From Bacilli bacterium (GTDB lineage Bacteria; Bacillota_I; Bacilli_A; RF39; UBA660), in assembly GCA_029004695.1 (NCBI GenBank), contig JAQVZB010000002.1:1-34085 (forward strand): a stretch of DNA of 34,085 nucleotides. The letters run 5' to 3'. Position 1 is the first letter of the stretch. The number at the start of each line of letters is the position of its first letter. The notes below the pieces were generated by a model. It was given only the letters and a program-made list of their open reading frames with translations. It made no database searches and was not told the DNA's origin. The position numbers were made by a program, and so were the translations under genes. Below are positions 1-8,088 of the stretch, piece after piece.

Positions 1-2
1 AG

Positions 3-98
3 ATATATTTAGATGATATATCATTTAATATTAATGCTATGCCAAGAAAAATGTTTGACTTTAAATGTGCTTATGATATAGAATTAAATTATATTTAA
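3..98 (+). CDS. 3' end of an ORF entering from the left edge, possibly an IS30-family transposase C-terminus (partial)
   Basis: Frame 3 reads IYLDDISFNINAMPRKMFDFKCAYDIELNYI then TAA at 96-98. The N-x-M-P-R-K-x-F-x-F-K pattern resembles the conserved C-terminal N..RPRK.L.(F/Y)K tail of IS30-type transposases. Only 31 codons are visible. Confidence 0.3.
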   Translation: MYLDDISFNINAMPRKMFDFKCAYDIELNYI

Positions 99-124
99 GT
101 GGTGCGGTTGAGATTACAATAAAC

Positions 125-157
125 AAATAAACTTATTATATTATAATAAGTTTATTT
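125..157. terminator. AT-rich hairpin between convergent genes (putative bidirectional terminator, overlaps the truB stop)
   Basis: Perfect 15-bp inverted repeat aaataaacttattat (125-139) / ataataagtttattt (143-157) with a 3-nt loop. T-rich tract follows on the minus strand (revcomp of 115-124). The stem has only one G:C pair, so it is weak. Confidence 0.4.
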
Positions 158-1003
158 ATTTATATAAAACATTACAGATGGTTTGATATGATTATCATCA
201 TATTTTTCATATAAAGCTATTTCCTGATTATGGACCGTAAATAATAAATGGTCTTTAATCGATTTCTCTATTATTTGCCCATTTTTAACTTTAAATAACA
301 TTTCAGGATCAATCTCTTCTTTAGGATAATCTTTTAAAAGATTTAATACTGAATAAAAATGATATTTATTATCAATAATGTCATCTATTGTATTAGCATC
401 TTTAATATCAAATTGACCTAAAGTAGTTCTTTCCAAATCAGTTAATGTAGCATAAGTACCAAGATAATTCCCAATATCTCTTATTAAACTTCTTATATAA
501 GTTCCTTTAGATACTTTGGTTTTAATGGTAATAATATCTCCATGAATAGATAATAATTTTATATCGTATATATTAATTTCTTTTTTAGGCAAATTAATTT
601 TTTCATTTTTTCTTGCATACTCATATAATTTTTTACCTTTAACTTTCACTGCTGAATAAGCTGGCACTTCTTGATAATAATTTCTTTTAAAACTATTAAT
701 GGCCTTTATAATACCTTTTTTATTATAAATAAAATTTTCTTCTTTTAATACTTTACCAGTAATGTCTAATGTATCTGTAAGTATACCTAATTTAAATGAT
801 GCTATATATTCTTTATCTTGATTAGTTAAAATATTTGCTAGCTTCGTAGCTCTACCTATTAAACATACTAATACTCCAGTTGCAAGTGGATCCAATGTTC
901 CAGTATGACCTATTTGCTTAGTATTTAATATTTTGTTTAATTGATTAATAACATCTCTGCTTGTATATCCTTTAGGTTTATTTATTATAATAGCGCCATT
1001 CAT
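152..1003 (-). CDS. truB: tRNA pseudouridine(55) synthase TruB
   Basis: GHTGTLDPLATGVL catalytic-Asp motif, about 283 aa, and position after rbfA in the nusA-infB operon. Confidence 0.95.
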   Translation of the reverse strand: MNGAIIINKPKGYTSRDVINQLNKILNTKQIGHTGTLDPLATGVLVCLIGRATKLANILTNQDKEYIASFKLGILTDTLDITGKVLKEENFIYNKKGIIKAINSFKRNYYQEVPAYSAVKVKGKKLYEYARKNEKINLPKKEINIYDIKLLSIHGDIITIKTKVSKGTYIRSLIRDIGNYLGTYATLTDLERTTLGQFDIKDANTIDDIIDNKYHFYSVLNLLKDYPKEEIDPEMLFKVKNGQIIEKSIKDHLLFTVHNQEIALYEKYDDNHIKPSVMFYINK

Positions 1004-1006
1004 AAA

Positions 1007-1348
1007 TCACCTTGAATTAATATCTTCAAGTATTTTTTCAATATTAGCACCATACTCAATTGATTCATCGTATATAAATTTTAATTCTGGAGTATGTCTT
1101 ATATCAATATTTTCAGCCAATAGAGTTCTTAAAAAAGAAGCAGCTTTGTCTAATTCATTTTGAACTTCTTCACGACTATAATTACCTAAAAAAGTGTAAT
1201 AAATTTTTGCTAAACCTAAATCAGGAGTTAAATCAGCAGCTATTATAGTAATATTTTTTATTTTTTCATCTTTTACTTCAGTAAATATAATGTTCGATAA
1301 TTCTCTTATTATTTGAGACGCTATTCTTTCAATTTTAATCTTGCTCAT
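1007..1348 (-). CDS. rbfA: ribosome-binding factor A
   Basis: 113 aa, typical RbfA N-terminus (R..R.a..i..els.i) and synteny infB-rbfA-truB. Its start overlaps the infB stop by 4 nt. Confidence 0.9.
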   Translation of the reverse strand: MSKIKIERIASQIIRELSNIIFTEVKDEKIKNITIIAADLTPDLGLAKIYYTFLGNYSREEVQNELDKAASFLRTLLAENIDIRHTPELKFIYDESIEYGANIEKILEDINSR

Positions 1349-3456
1349 CTCTTTACCTCAACTTCTTGATAAGCCTCAAAAACGTCTTTTTCTTTTATAT
1401 CATTATATCCTTCGATAGTGATTCCACATTCAAAACCATTTTTCACTTCTTTAACAGTGTCTTTTTCTCTTTGAATTGATGATATTTTTCCATCATAAAT
1501 AATTACGCCATCGCGAATAATTCTTACTTTAGAGTGATTTTTAATAATTCCACTTGTGATAAAAACACCTGCTATAGTACCTACTTTACTAAATTTAAAT
1601 AATTTGCGGACTTCAGCTGTACCGGTTATTTGTTCTTCAAATTCAGGATCAAGTAATCCTTTCATTGCCAGTTCCATTTCTTCTATTAATTTATATATTA
1701 TTTGATATAATCTGATTTCAACATCATATTCTTTAGCAACTTCTTTAGTGATTGCTGATGGTGAGACATTAAAACCTATTATTATAGCATTAGAAGCATT
1801 AGCTAGGACTACATCACTTTCAGTTATTGTCCCAATTCCAGTACGGATAACTTTTATCTTTACCCCTTCAACATCAATTTTTTCTAAAGAATTTTTAACT
1901 GCTTCTTCTGAACCTCTGACATCACATTTTAAAACAATATTTATTTCTTTTGTACCAGATTGGATTTTCGCAAATAAATCTTCAAAAGATAGCACTTCTT
2001 TATTGCGTTTTTTAGATTTTGTATCGATTAATCTTTTTTCAGCAACTGCTCTTGCTTTTTTTTCGGTTTCAAAAGCCATAAATTTATCTCCAGCTGAAGG
2101 ATTATCTGAAAGGCCAGTTATTTCTACTGGCATACTTGGCCCAGCTGATACAATATCTTTTCCTTGATCATTTTTTAAAGTTCGTACTTTACCATAAGTG
2201 GTCCCAACTACGATTGGATCTCCTAATCTTAAGGTACCATTTTGAATAAGGATAGTAGCTACCCCACCAATATTTTTATCAATACGCGATTCTATTACAG
2301 TTCCTAAGGCATAACGATTAGGATTAACTTTAAATTCATTAACTTCGGCAATAACTAATACTGTTTCCAATAACTTGTCAATTCCTTCACCAGTTATTGC
2401 GCTTATATTAACAAATGGAATATTACCTCCCCAAGCTTCAGGCGTAATATTTAGAGCAGCCATTTCTTCCATTATTTTATCCGGATTAGCATTTGGTCTA
2501 TCTATTTTATTAATAGCTACTATAATTGGAACATTTGCAGATAAAGCATGATCAATAGCTTCTTTAGTTTGTGGCATTACACCATCATCAGCAGCTACTA
2601 TTAAAATAACAATATCAGTAACACTTGCTCCTCTCGCTCTCATTTCAGTAAAAGCAGCATGACCTGGAGTATCTATAAAAGTAATTTTTTTATCTTTATA
2701 AGTAGCTTGATAAGCGCCAATAGCTTGAGTTATTCCTCCGGCTTCATTGTCAGCTACACTAGAATTTCTTATATAATCAAGCAAAGTGGTTTTACCGTGA
2801 TCAACATGTCCCATTACAGTTACCACAGGAGGTCTATCTATTAAATCTTCTTCTTTATCAATAATTTCATATTCTTCAAAATTATATATATCTTGAGTTT
2901 CTTCTTTTTTTAATACTTTTTTATAATCTAAAGCAATAATTTCTGCATTTTCAAAGTCTATTACTTGATTTAGATTAAGCATTAATCCAGCTAATATTAA
3001 TTTCTTTATTAAATCTGCTGAGCTTATATTCAAAGCATTAGCAAAATCATTAACAGTCATATCTTCTTTGTATAAAACTATATTATCATTAAGTTCTTCA
3101 TTCATCATTAATTTAGTCTTATTTTTATACATAGCTTTCTTTTTATTATAATATTCTTTATCATTTGTATCATTAGATGACTTCTTTTTTAATTTTTGTT
3201 TTTTATCTTGAGTTTCTTCCTTAATGAAATTTGATTCACTAATTATTTCTTCTACAGTATCATCTAATATTTCATGATCTTCATGGTCTATATCACTATC
3301 ACTACTTATCAAATTCATTGAATTATCTAACATAATAATCGCATCATCATCTAATGCATCTGTTGCATTATTTACTTTAATTTCTAATTCTTTGCATTGA
3401 TCTAGAACTTCTTGAATAGTATAACCTAATTCGGTTGCATAATCTTTTACTCTCAT
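1345..3456 (-). CDS. infB: translation initiation factor IF-2
   Basis: G-domain motifs GHVDHGKTTLLD, DTPGH and NKID. Acidic/lysine-rich N-terminal region. RBS AAGGCGGTG upstream of the ATG. Confidence 0.97.
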   Translation of the reverse strand: MRVKDYATELGYTIQEVLDQCKELEIKVNNATDALDDDAIIMLDNSMNLISSDSDIDHEDHEILDDTVEEIISESNFIKEETQDKKQKLKKKSSNDTNDKEYYNKKKAMYKNKTKLMMNEELNDNIVLYKEDMTVNDFANALNISSADLIKKLILAGLMLNLNQVIDFENAEIIALDYKKVLKKEETQDIYNFEEYEIIDKEEDLIDRPPVVTVMGHVDHGKTTLLDYIRNSSVADNEAGGITQAIGAYQATYKDKKITFIDTPGHAAFTEMRARGASVTDIVILIVAADDGVMPQTKEAIDHALSANVPIIVAINKIDRPNANPDKIMEEMAALNITPEAWGGNIPFVNISAITGEGIDKLLETVLVIAEVNEFKVNPNRYALGTVIESRIDKNIGGVATILIQNGTLRLGDPIVVGTTYGKVRTLKNDQGKDIVSAGPSMPVEITGLSDNPSAGDKFMAFETEKKARAVAEKRLIDTKSKKRNKEVLSFEDLFAKIQSGTKEINIVLKCDVRGSEEAVKNSLEKIDVEGVKIKVIRTGIGTITESDVVLANASNAIIIGFNVSPSAITKEVAKEYDVEIRLYQIIYKLIEEMELAMKGLLDPEFEEQITGTAEVRKLFKFSKVGTIAGVFITSGIIKNHSKVRIIRDGVIIYDGKISSIQREKDTVKEVKNGFECGITIEGYNDIKEKDVFEAYQEVEVKR

Positions 3457-3474
3457 TTATGAGCACCGCCTTTT

Positions 3475-3726
3475 CTATTTTAGTATACTTAATAAATTTT
3501 TATATATCTCTTCATTAATATTAGTTTCTAATATTTTATCTAATATTTTTGTTTTTTTAGCTTTGTTTATTACTTCAATGTCTTTTTTTAAATAACATCC
3601 TTTACCATTTTGTTTACCATTAATATCAACAAATACTTCATTATTATATTTAACTATTCTGATTAAATCTTTTTTCGGAAGTTTTTCTTTAGTAACTACA
3701 CACATTCTTAATGGTATTTTTTTCAT
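3475..3726 (-). CDS. ylxR: YlxR/RnpM family (DUF448) RNA-binding protein
   Basis: RMCVVTKEKLPKKDLIRIV motif typical of YlxR. Located between nusA and infB. ATGA overlap with the nusA stop. Confidence 0.85.
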   Translation of the reverse strand: MKKIPLRMCVVTKEKLPKKDLIRIVKYNNEVFVDINGKQNGKGCYLKKDIEVINKAKKTKILDKILETNINEEIYKNLLSILK

Positions 3727-4844
3727 TTATCTTCATTTCCTTCAGCTGTTATTTGATCTAGAGTTTTAACTGAAATATGAAATTTTGTTAATCTACTAGC
3801 TAATTTGATATTTATTCCTTTTTTACCAATTGCTAAAGATAAATTTTCGGCATTCACTATTGCAAGAGCTTTTCTTTCTTTAGCATTTTCGATGATATTA
3901 ACAATTACTTCTTTAGCTGGACTTAGAGCATTAGCAATATACTCACTTGGATCTTCACTATATAAAATTAAATCGATTTTTTCACCATTCAATTCTTTTA
4001 AAATACTACCTATTCTTGAGCCTCTTTCTCCAATGCATGTACCTATAGGATCTATCCTTTCATTATTAGAATATACAGATACTTTGCTTCTTATACCTGG
4101 TTCTCTAGCAACACCATATAGAATAATAGTTCCATCAGCAAGTTCAGGTATTTCATTTTCAAAAAGCCTTTTTACAAATCCATGATGTTTTCTCGAACAT
4201 AATATAAGTGGTCCTTTAGGAGTTGCTTCGATTTTTTGTAAATAAACTTTTATACTAGTGCCCATTTTTACAACTTCACCTGGTATCATTTCACTTTTAG
4301 GTAATATCCCTCTTGTTCTACCTAAATCAACATAATAATTATTATTATCTTCCATAGCTAGAAGTCCAACCATTAATTCATCCTGTTTATTAGAAAATTC
4401 ATCAATGATACTATTTCTTTCAGCCTCTCTAATCTTTTGAGTTAATACTTGTTTAGCAGTCGAAGCTGCAACCCTTCCAAAGTCTTTAGGAGTTACTTCT
4501 TCTTCAATTGTTTCTCCAACCTTAATATCTGGAACAATTTCCTGGGCATCTTCAAGTAATATTTGGGCATCTTCATTTATTTCAGGTTCACCATAAGAAA
4601 TATTTCCTTCTTCATCGATTATTTCTTCTCCTTCAATATATTCATTTACTACAACTAAATATGAATATACTTTTATATCTCCTGTTTCACGATCAATATT
4701 AACTTTTACATTAGTTTTTGAGCCAAAATTTTTCTTATAAGATGTAATAAGTGCTTGCTCCATAGCTTCAAAAACAATATTTTCATTAATGCCTTTTTCA
4801 TCAGTAATTAATTTTACTGCTTTAATAAATTCTTTACCATTCAT
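3723..4844 (-). CDS. nusA: transcription termination/antitermination factor NusA
   Basis: N-terminal domain, S1 and two KH domains are recognisable (GTCIGERGSRI, LAIGKKGINIKLASRLT). Canonical operon position. Confidence 0.95.
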   Translation of the reverse strand: MNGKEFIKAVKLITDEKGINENIVFEAMEQALITSYKKNFGSKTNVKVNIDRETGDIKVYSYLVVVNEYIEGEEIIDEEGNISYGEPEINEDAQILLEDAQEIVPDIKVGETIEEEVTPKDFGRVAASTAKQVLTQKIREAERNSIIDEFSNKQDELMVGLLAMEDNNNYYVDLGRTRGILPKSEMIPGEVVKMGTSIKVYLQKIEATPKGPLILCSRKHHGFVKRLFENEIPELADGTIILYGVAREPGIRSKVSVYSNNERIDPIGTCIGERGSRIGSILKELNGEKIDLILYSEDPSEYIANALSPAKEVIVNIIENAKERKALAIVNAENLSLAIGKKGINIKLASRLTKFHISVKTLDQITAEGNEDK

Positions 4845-4846
4845 AA

Positions 4847-5098
4847 TTAACCTCTTTCTTTACTTGAAATATCTAAAATATATTCCTCTTTTATTAAATC
4901 TTGCTTATTTATTATTGGATTTATAATGTTTGTTACTTCTACTATTGTATCTAAATCAATCCCATTAACTTTATCTAAAGTAATTTTTAAAAATTTATAA
5001 TTATTCTTCGTAACATAATCAACACTATGAACTATTATTCCTAATTCTTCCATCGGTTTTTTTATAATTTCTGTTATTTGTTTGGTTATCTCTTTCAT
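4847..5098 (-). CDS. rimP: ribosome maturation factor RimP, N-terminal domain only (83 aa)
   Basis: Start moved to the ATG at 5098 (MKEITKQ...) because AGGAGGAATC sits immediately upstream. Aligns to the RimP N-domain and stops at ...LDISSKERG, where canonical RimP has SSPG.ERPL. The nusA start follows 2 nt later, so no C-terminal Sm-like domain is encoded. Confidence 0.7.
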   Translation of the reverse strand: MKEITKQITEIIKKPMEELGIIVHSVDYVTKNNYKFLKITLDKVNGIDLDTIVEVTNIINPIINKQDLIKEEYILDISSKERG

Positions 5099-5156
5099 GA
5101 TTCCTCCTAAATCAATAATAAAAGCGGGATTATCGCCCACTTAAATCTGCAATTAT

Positions 5157-5185
5157 ATTATAACAAAGGTTTTTTTAAATGTAAA
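5157..5185 (-). promoter_or_regulatory. sigma-A type promoter for the rimP-nusA-infB operon
   Basis: Minus strand reads TTTACA, a 17-nt spacer, then TGT-TATAAT (extended -10), about 55 nt upstream of the rimP ATG. Confidence 0.5.
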
Positions 5186-5206
5186 GTTTTATTCTATAAT
5201 TATATC

Positions 5207-5635
5207 TTATAATTCTCCTAATATAATAGTGGGATCTTCATATTCTTCTTTACTTATATCAGAATATTGTTTAATAAAATTTTCAATAATTTGAATATAA
5301 GATTTATCTTCAGTGATATATTCAATTTCTAATACATATTTTTTTACATTATCTGGTATTTCATTTGTAAGTGAAAGATATTTTATTGGTTTATTAATTT
5401 TGGAAAGTAATTTAAGTTCATAAATTAAACCTAAATTTGGATTACTTACTTCAGCAATAATTATATCTGCTTCGGCCATTAATTCTTTTACATATTTAGT
5501 TTGATATTCTTTAGTATAAGGTAACATTAGTTCATGATTAATACATACTGGACTTGTAATTACCAAACGATATATTAAGTTTTTATAATCTAATTTAGAA
5601 GAATGAACAAAATAAACTTTTAATCTTCTTTTCAA
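5207..5635 (-). CDS. nucleoside 2-deoxyribosyltransferase / DNPH1(Rcl)-like superfamily protein
   Basis: KVYFVHS first strand, and ADIIIAEVSNPNLGLIYELKLL matching the DNPH1 motif ADvvVAEVt.PSLGVGYELG. TTG start preceded by AGAGGTGA. Confidence 0.5.
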   Translation of the reverse strand: MKRRLKVYFVHSSKLDYKNLIYRLVITSPVCINHELMLPYTKEYQTKYVKELMAEADIIIAEVSNPNLGLIYELKLLSKINKPIKYLSLTNEIPDNVKKYVLEIEYITEDKSYIQIIENFIKQYSDISKEEYEDPTIILGEL

Positions 5636-5711
5636 ATATAAATCACCTCTTTATTTTAATAATTATACCACGGGCTATATTTATTTGCTATAATTAAATA
5701 TAGGTGATTTT

Positions 5712-6824
5712 ATGGACATAGTTGGTATAATATGTGAATATAATCCTTTTCATAATGGTCATGCTTACCATATAAAAAAGATTAAAGATATGTATCCTAA
5801 TTCATTAATTATTTTAGTGTTAAATGGTTATTTTATGCAACGAGGAGAAGTAAGTATTTTAACAAAAGAAGATAAAATTAAGATAGCTTTAGAAAATAAT
5901 ATCGATATAGTAGTAGAACATCCTTTTAAATATTCCTCTAATTCTGCTGATATTTTTGCTGAAAGTGCAATAAAAATACTTAATTATTTAGGATGCCAAA
6001 AAGTAATATTTGGAAGTGAAAGTAACGATATTAACTTAATTACTAAAATTGCAAAGGTGCAATTAAAAAATGATTTTAAATTTAAATTAATAGAAAATTT
6101 AAAAACTGGAATTAATTATCCTACGGCTTTAAATAAATCAATCGGAATTAATTTAAATAGTCCTAATGATTTATTAGGGATTTCTTATATCAAAGCGATA
6201 ATTAAAAATAAATTTAATATAATTCCATTTACAATTAAAAGGACTAATAATTTTCATGATACATTAAGTACCAATAAAATAATAAGTGCTAATAATATTA
6301 GAGATAAAATTAAAAATAATCATAATGTTGAAAAATATACTAAATATAATTTTTATTTTAAAAATATAGATGAAACCATTTTATTTAATTTAATAAAATA
6401 TAAAATAATTAGTGAGCCTAATTTAAATGAATATTTAACAGTTGATGAAGGTATTGAACATCGATTAAAAAGAGTAATAAATAATGCTGATAATTTAGAA
6501 AATCTTATTAGATTAATTAAAACAAAAAGATATACTTACAATCGCATCAGAAGAATGCTTTTTCATATCTTAATAGGCTTAAAAAAAGAAAATAATAATA
6601 TTGTGAAACTAGAATACATTAAATTATTAGGCTTTAATGAAAAAGGACTTAAATACATTAATAAAATTAAAAAAACCATTGACATTCCTTTAAGTAGAAA
6701 AATATCTAAAGATTATATTTCGCAACAATATGAATTAAAATCATCTTTAATTTATGACTTATTAACTAATCAAAATACTTATGCTTATGAAATTGCAAAT
6801 AAACCAATAATAAAAAAAATATAG
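5712..6824 (+). CDS. tmcAL: tRNA(Met) cytidine acetate ligase (YlbM/TmcAL, UPF0348)
   Basis: N-terminal GIICEYNPFHNGHAYHI nucleotidyltransferase HxGH-type motif characteristic of TmcAL. 370 aa. RBS AGGTGA. Confidence 0.8.
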   Translation: MDIVGIICEYNPFHNGHAYHIKKIKDMYPNSLIILVLNGYFMQRGEVSILTKEDKIKIALENNIDIVVEHPFKYSSNSADIFAESAIKILNYLGCQKVIFGSESNDINLITKIAKVQLKNDFKFKLIENLKTGINYPTALNKSIGINLNSPNDLLGISYIKAIIKNKFNIIPFTIKRTNNFHDTLSTNKIISANNIRDKIKNNHNVEKYTKYNFYFKNIDETILFNLIKYKIISEPNLNEYLTVDEGIEHRLKRVINNADNLENLIRLIKTKRYTYNRIRRMLFHILIGLKKENNNIVKLEYIKLLGFNEKGLKYINKIKKTIDIPLSRKISKDYISQQYELKSSLIYDLLTNQNTYAYEIANKPIIKKI

Positions 6825-6845
6825 CTTCTTAAAAAGAATCTATAT
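6819..6845. terminator. bidirectional hairpin spanning both stop codons of convergent tmcAL and the KH gene
   Basis: atatagcttctt (6819-6830) pairs with aagaatctatat (6834-6845): 12 bp, 1 mismatch, 3-nt loop. Flanked by an A-run upstream and a T-rich tract downstream. Confidence 0.45.
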
Positions 6846-7080
6846 TTATTTTTATTCGATTTAGTTTATGAAGAAAAGCATATGCTTGAACCATAGTTCT
6901 TATAGCATTAGCCATTTTACCGCTTCGCCCAATAACTGCTCCCATATCTGATTCATGAACAATAATTTCTAATAAAATTGTTTCATCATCACCACCAAAT
7001 TCTTGGACGCTTACCATATCAGGTTGTTTAACTAAATTTTTAACTAAATTTTCTGTAAAAGTAATTAATTCTTTATGCAT
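6829..7080 (-). CDS. ylqC: KH-domain RNA-binding protein (YlqC/KhpA family, UPF0109)
   Basis: 83 aa with the GAVIGRSGKMANAIR KH GxxG motif. Immediately downstream of rpsP, as in Bacillus. Confidence 0.8.
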   Translation of the reverse strand: MHKELITFTENLVKNLVKQPDMVSVQEFGGDDETILLEIIVHESDMGAVIGRSGKMANAIRTMVQAYAFLHKLNRIKINIDSF

Positions 7081-7082
7081 AA

Positions 7083-7394
7083 TTACTCTCCACTTTTCTT
7101 AGTACTTTTTTTAGTAGCTTTTTTTGGTTTTTGTTTAGCATTTTTAAATTTTGCCCAAATACCATTATTTGATAAAATACTTTTAACTGTTGTAGTAGGT
7201 TCAGCTCCATTATTTAACCATTTAAGGGTTTTTTCTTCATCAAGAGTTACTTTATTATTTTCTATTAGTGGATTATAGGTTCCTACCATTTCGATAAAAC
7301 TTCCATCTCTAGAACTTCTAGAATCAGCGGCTACAATTCTATAAAATGGTTTTTGTTTAGCTCCCATTCTCTTTAATCTTAATTTTACTGCCAT
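7083..7394 (-). CDS. rpsP: 30S ribosomal protein S16 with a short Lys-rich C-terminal tail
   Basis: [26 protein letters not shown]. Start moved to 7394 behind AAAGGAGGAAATAAT. Tail is ...[17 protein letters not shown]. Confidence 0.95.
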   Translation of the reverse strand: MAVKLRLKRMGAKQKPFYRIVAADSRSSRDGSFIEMVGTYNPLIENNKVTLDEEKTLKWLNNGAEPTTTVKSILSNNGIWAKFKNAKQKPKKATKKSTKKSGE

Positions 7395-7420
7395 ATTATT
7401 TCCTCCTTTTTCCCTAATAA

Positions 7421-7449
7421 ATAATAACAAAAAAAAGACAAGGTGTCAA
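7421..7449 (-). promoter_or_regulatory. sigma-A type promoter for rpsP, its -35 embedded in the cotE terminator arm
   Basis: Minus strand reads TTGACA (revcomp of 7444-7449), a 17-nt spacer, then TGT-TATTAT (revcomp of 7421-7426). RBS and ATG lie about 25 nt downstream. Confidence 0.45.
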
Positions 7450-7467
7450 CTTTTATTGGTTGACACC
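7429..7467 (-). terminator. intrinsic terminator of cotE
   Basis: Perfect 9-bp stem GGTGTCAAC/GTTGACACC (7442-7450 and 7459-7467) with an 8-nt loop. On the minus strand it is followed by TTGTCTTTTTTTT. The 5' arm encodes the last cotE codons. Confidence 0.65.
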
Positions 7468-7998
7468 GTTCAAATAGTCTTCATCGATTTCTTCATTGAT
7501 AGCTTCTTCAATATATGTTTCAGCTTCAGAATCATCATCATCATATTCATCATAATCTTCTTCAACAGCTACTTTTACCATTGTTTCTCCCACTATTTCT
7601 ACCCCTAATTCTTTTTCTATATTTAACTTAACATTACTTCCATCTACCTCTACTTTTGTTACTGATGGTGCTGATAAACTTCTTACGATTATTTCATCGG
7701 TATTGTTTAAAATATTAGCGTTTTTTAATTTAACATTTACTATATCTTTATAAACAAAATTTCGAACTAAAACATCAGTTTTAGTATTATTACTAAAAGA
7801 ATACCAGATATTAACATCATAACTACCTTCGATATGAACTTTTCCTTGATTATTTCGCCCACTAAAATTATGATTAATTACCCAGCATCCTAGAACTGTA
7901 TCTATAGATGATTTTGTATCAATTATTAAATCCTCACTAGTTGATTTTTTAGTTTTACCAATTACGGCTTTAGTAACTATTTCTTTATAATTTGCCAA
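7453..7998 (-). CDS. cotE: outer spore coat morphogenetic protein CotE
   Basis: Aligns along its length with B. subtilis CotE: YKEIVTKAVIGK vs YREIITKAVVAKG; GCWVINH vs GGWIINH; IEGSYDVNIWYSFSNNTKTDV vs [21 protein letters not shown]; acidic C-terminal tail. Start placed at the TTG at 7998, behind GGAGTGA. Confidence 0.8.
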   Translation of the reverse strand: MANYKEIVTKAVIGKTKKSTSEDLIIDTKSSIDTVLGCWVINHNFSGRNNQGKVHIEGSYDVNIWYSFSNNTKTDVLVRNFVYKDIVNVKLKNANILNNTDEIIVRSLSAPSVTKVEVDGSNVKLNIEKELGVEIVGETMVKVAVEEDYDEYDDDDSEAETYIEEAINEEIDEDYLNGVNQ

Positions 7999-8088
7999 AT
8001 TATCACTCCTCAATTTAATTTATGCACTAAGTAGGCAAAATGTACATAAAAGATTGAATTTATGTTATATTATCTATAGGTGATAAAA

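Noticed and set aside
1748-2167. 139-aa plus-strand ORF
   Set aside because: Lies entirely antisense within infB, whose G-domain motifs are unambiguous. No RBS, and the composition is a mirror artefact of the AT-rich coding strand.
2659-2844. 61-aa plus-strand ORF
   Set aside because: Antisense inside infB. No start context.
3805-4185. 126-aa plus-strand ORF
   Set aside because: Antisense inside nusA (KH-domain region). Hydrophobic low-complexity translation typical of shadow ORFs.
5124-5138. GC-rich segment gcgggattatcgccc in the rimP leader, considered as a hairpin or attenuator
   Set aside because: Written out, only 3-5 non-contiguous pairs form and the loop would be 1 nt. It is not a stable structure.
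5099-5140. N-terminal extension MGDNPAFIIDLGGI of the rimP ORF
   Set aside because: The AGGAGG SD for the ATG at 5098 lies inside it, and the extension has no RimP similarity.
7075-7278. 67-aa plus-strand ORF
   Set aside because: Antisense to rpsP and the start of the KH gene. Shadow ORF.
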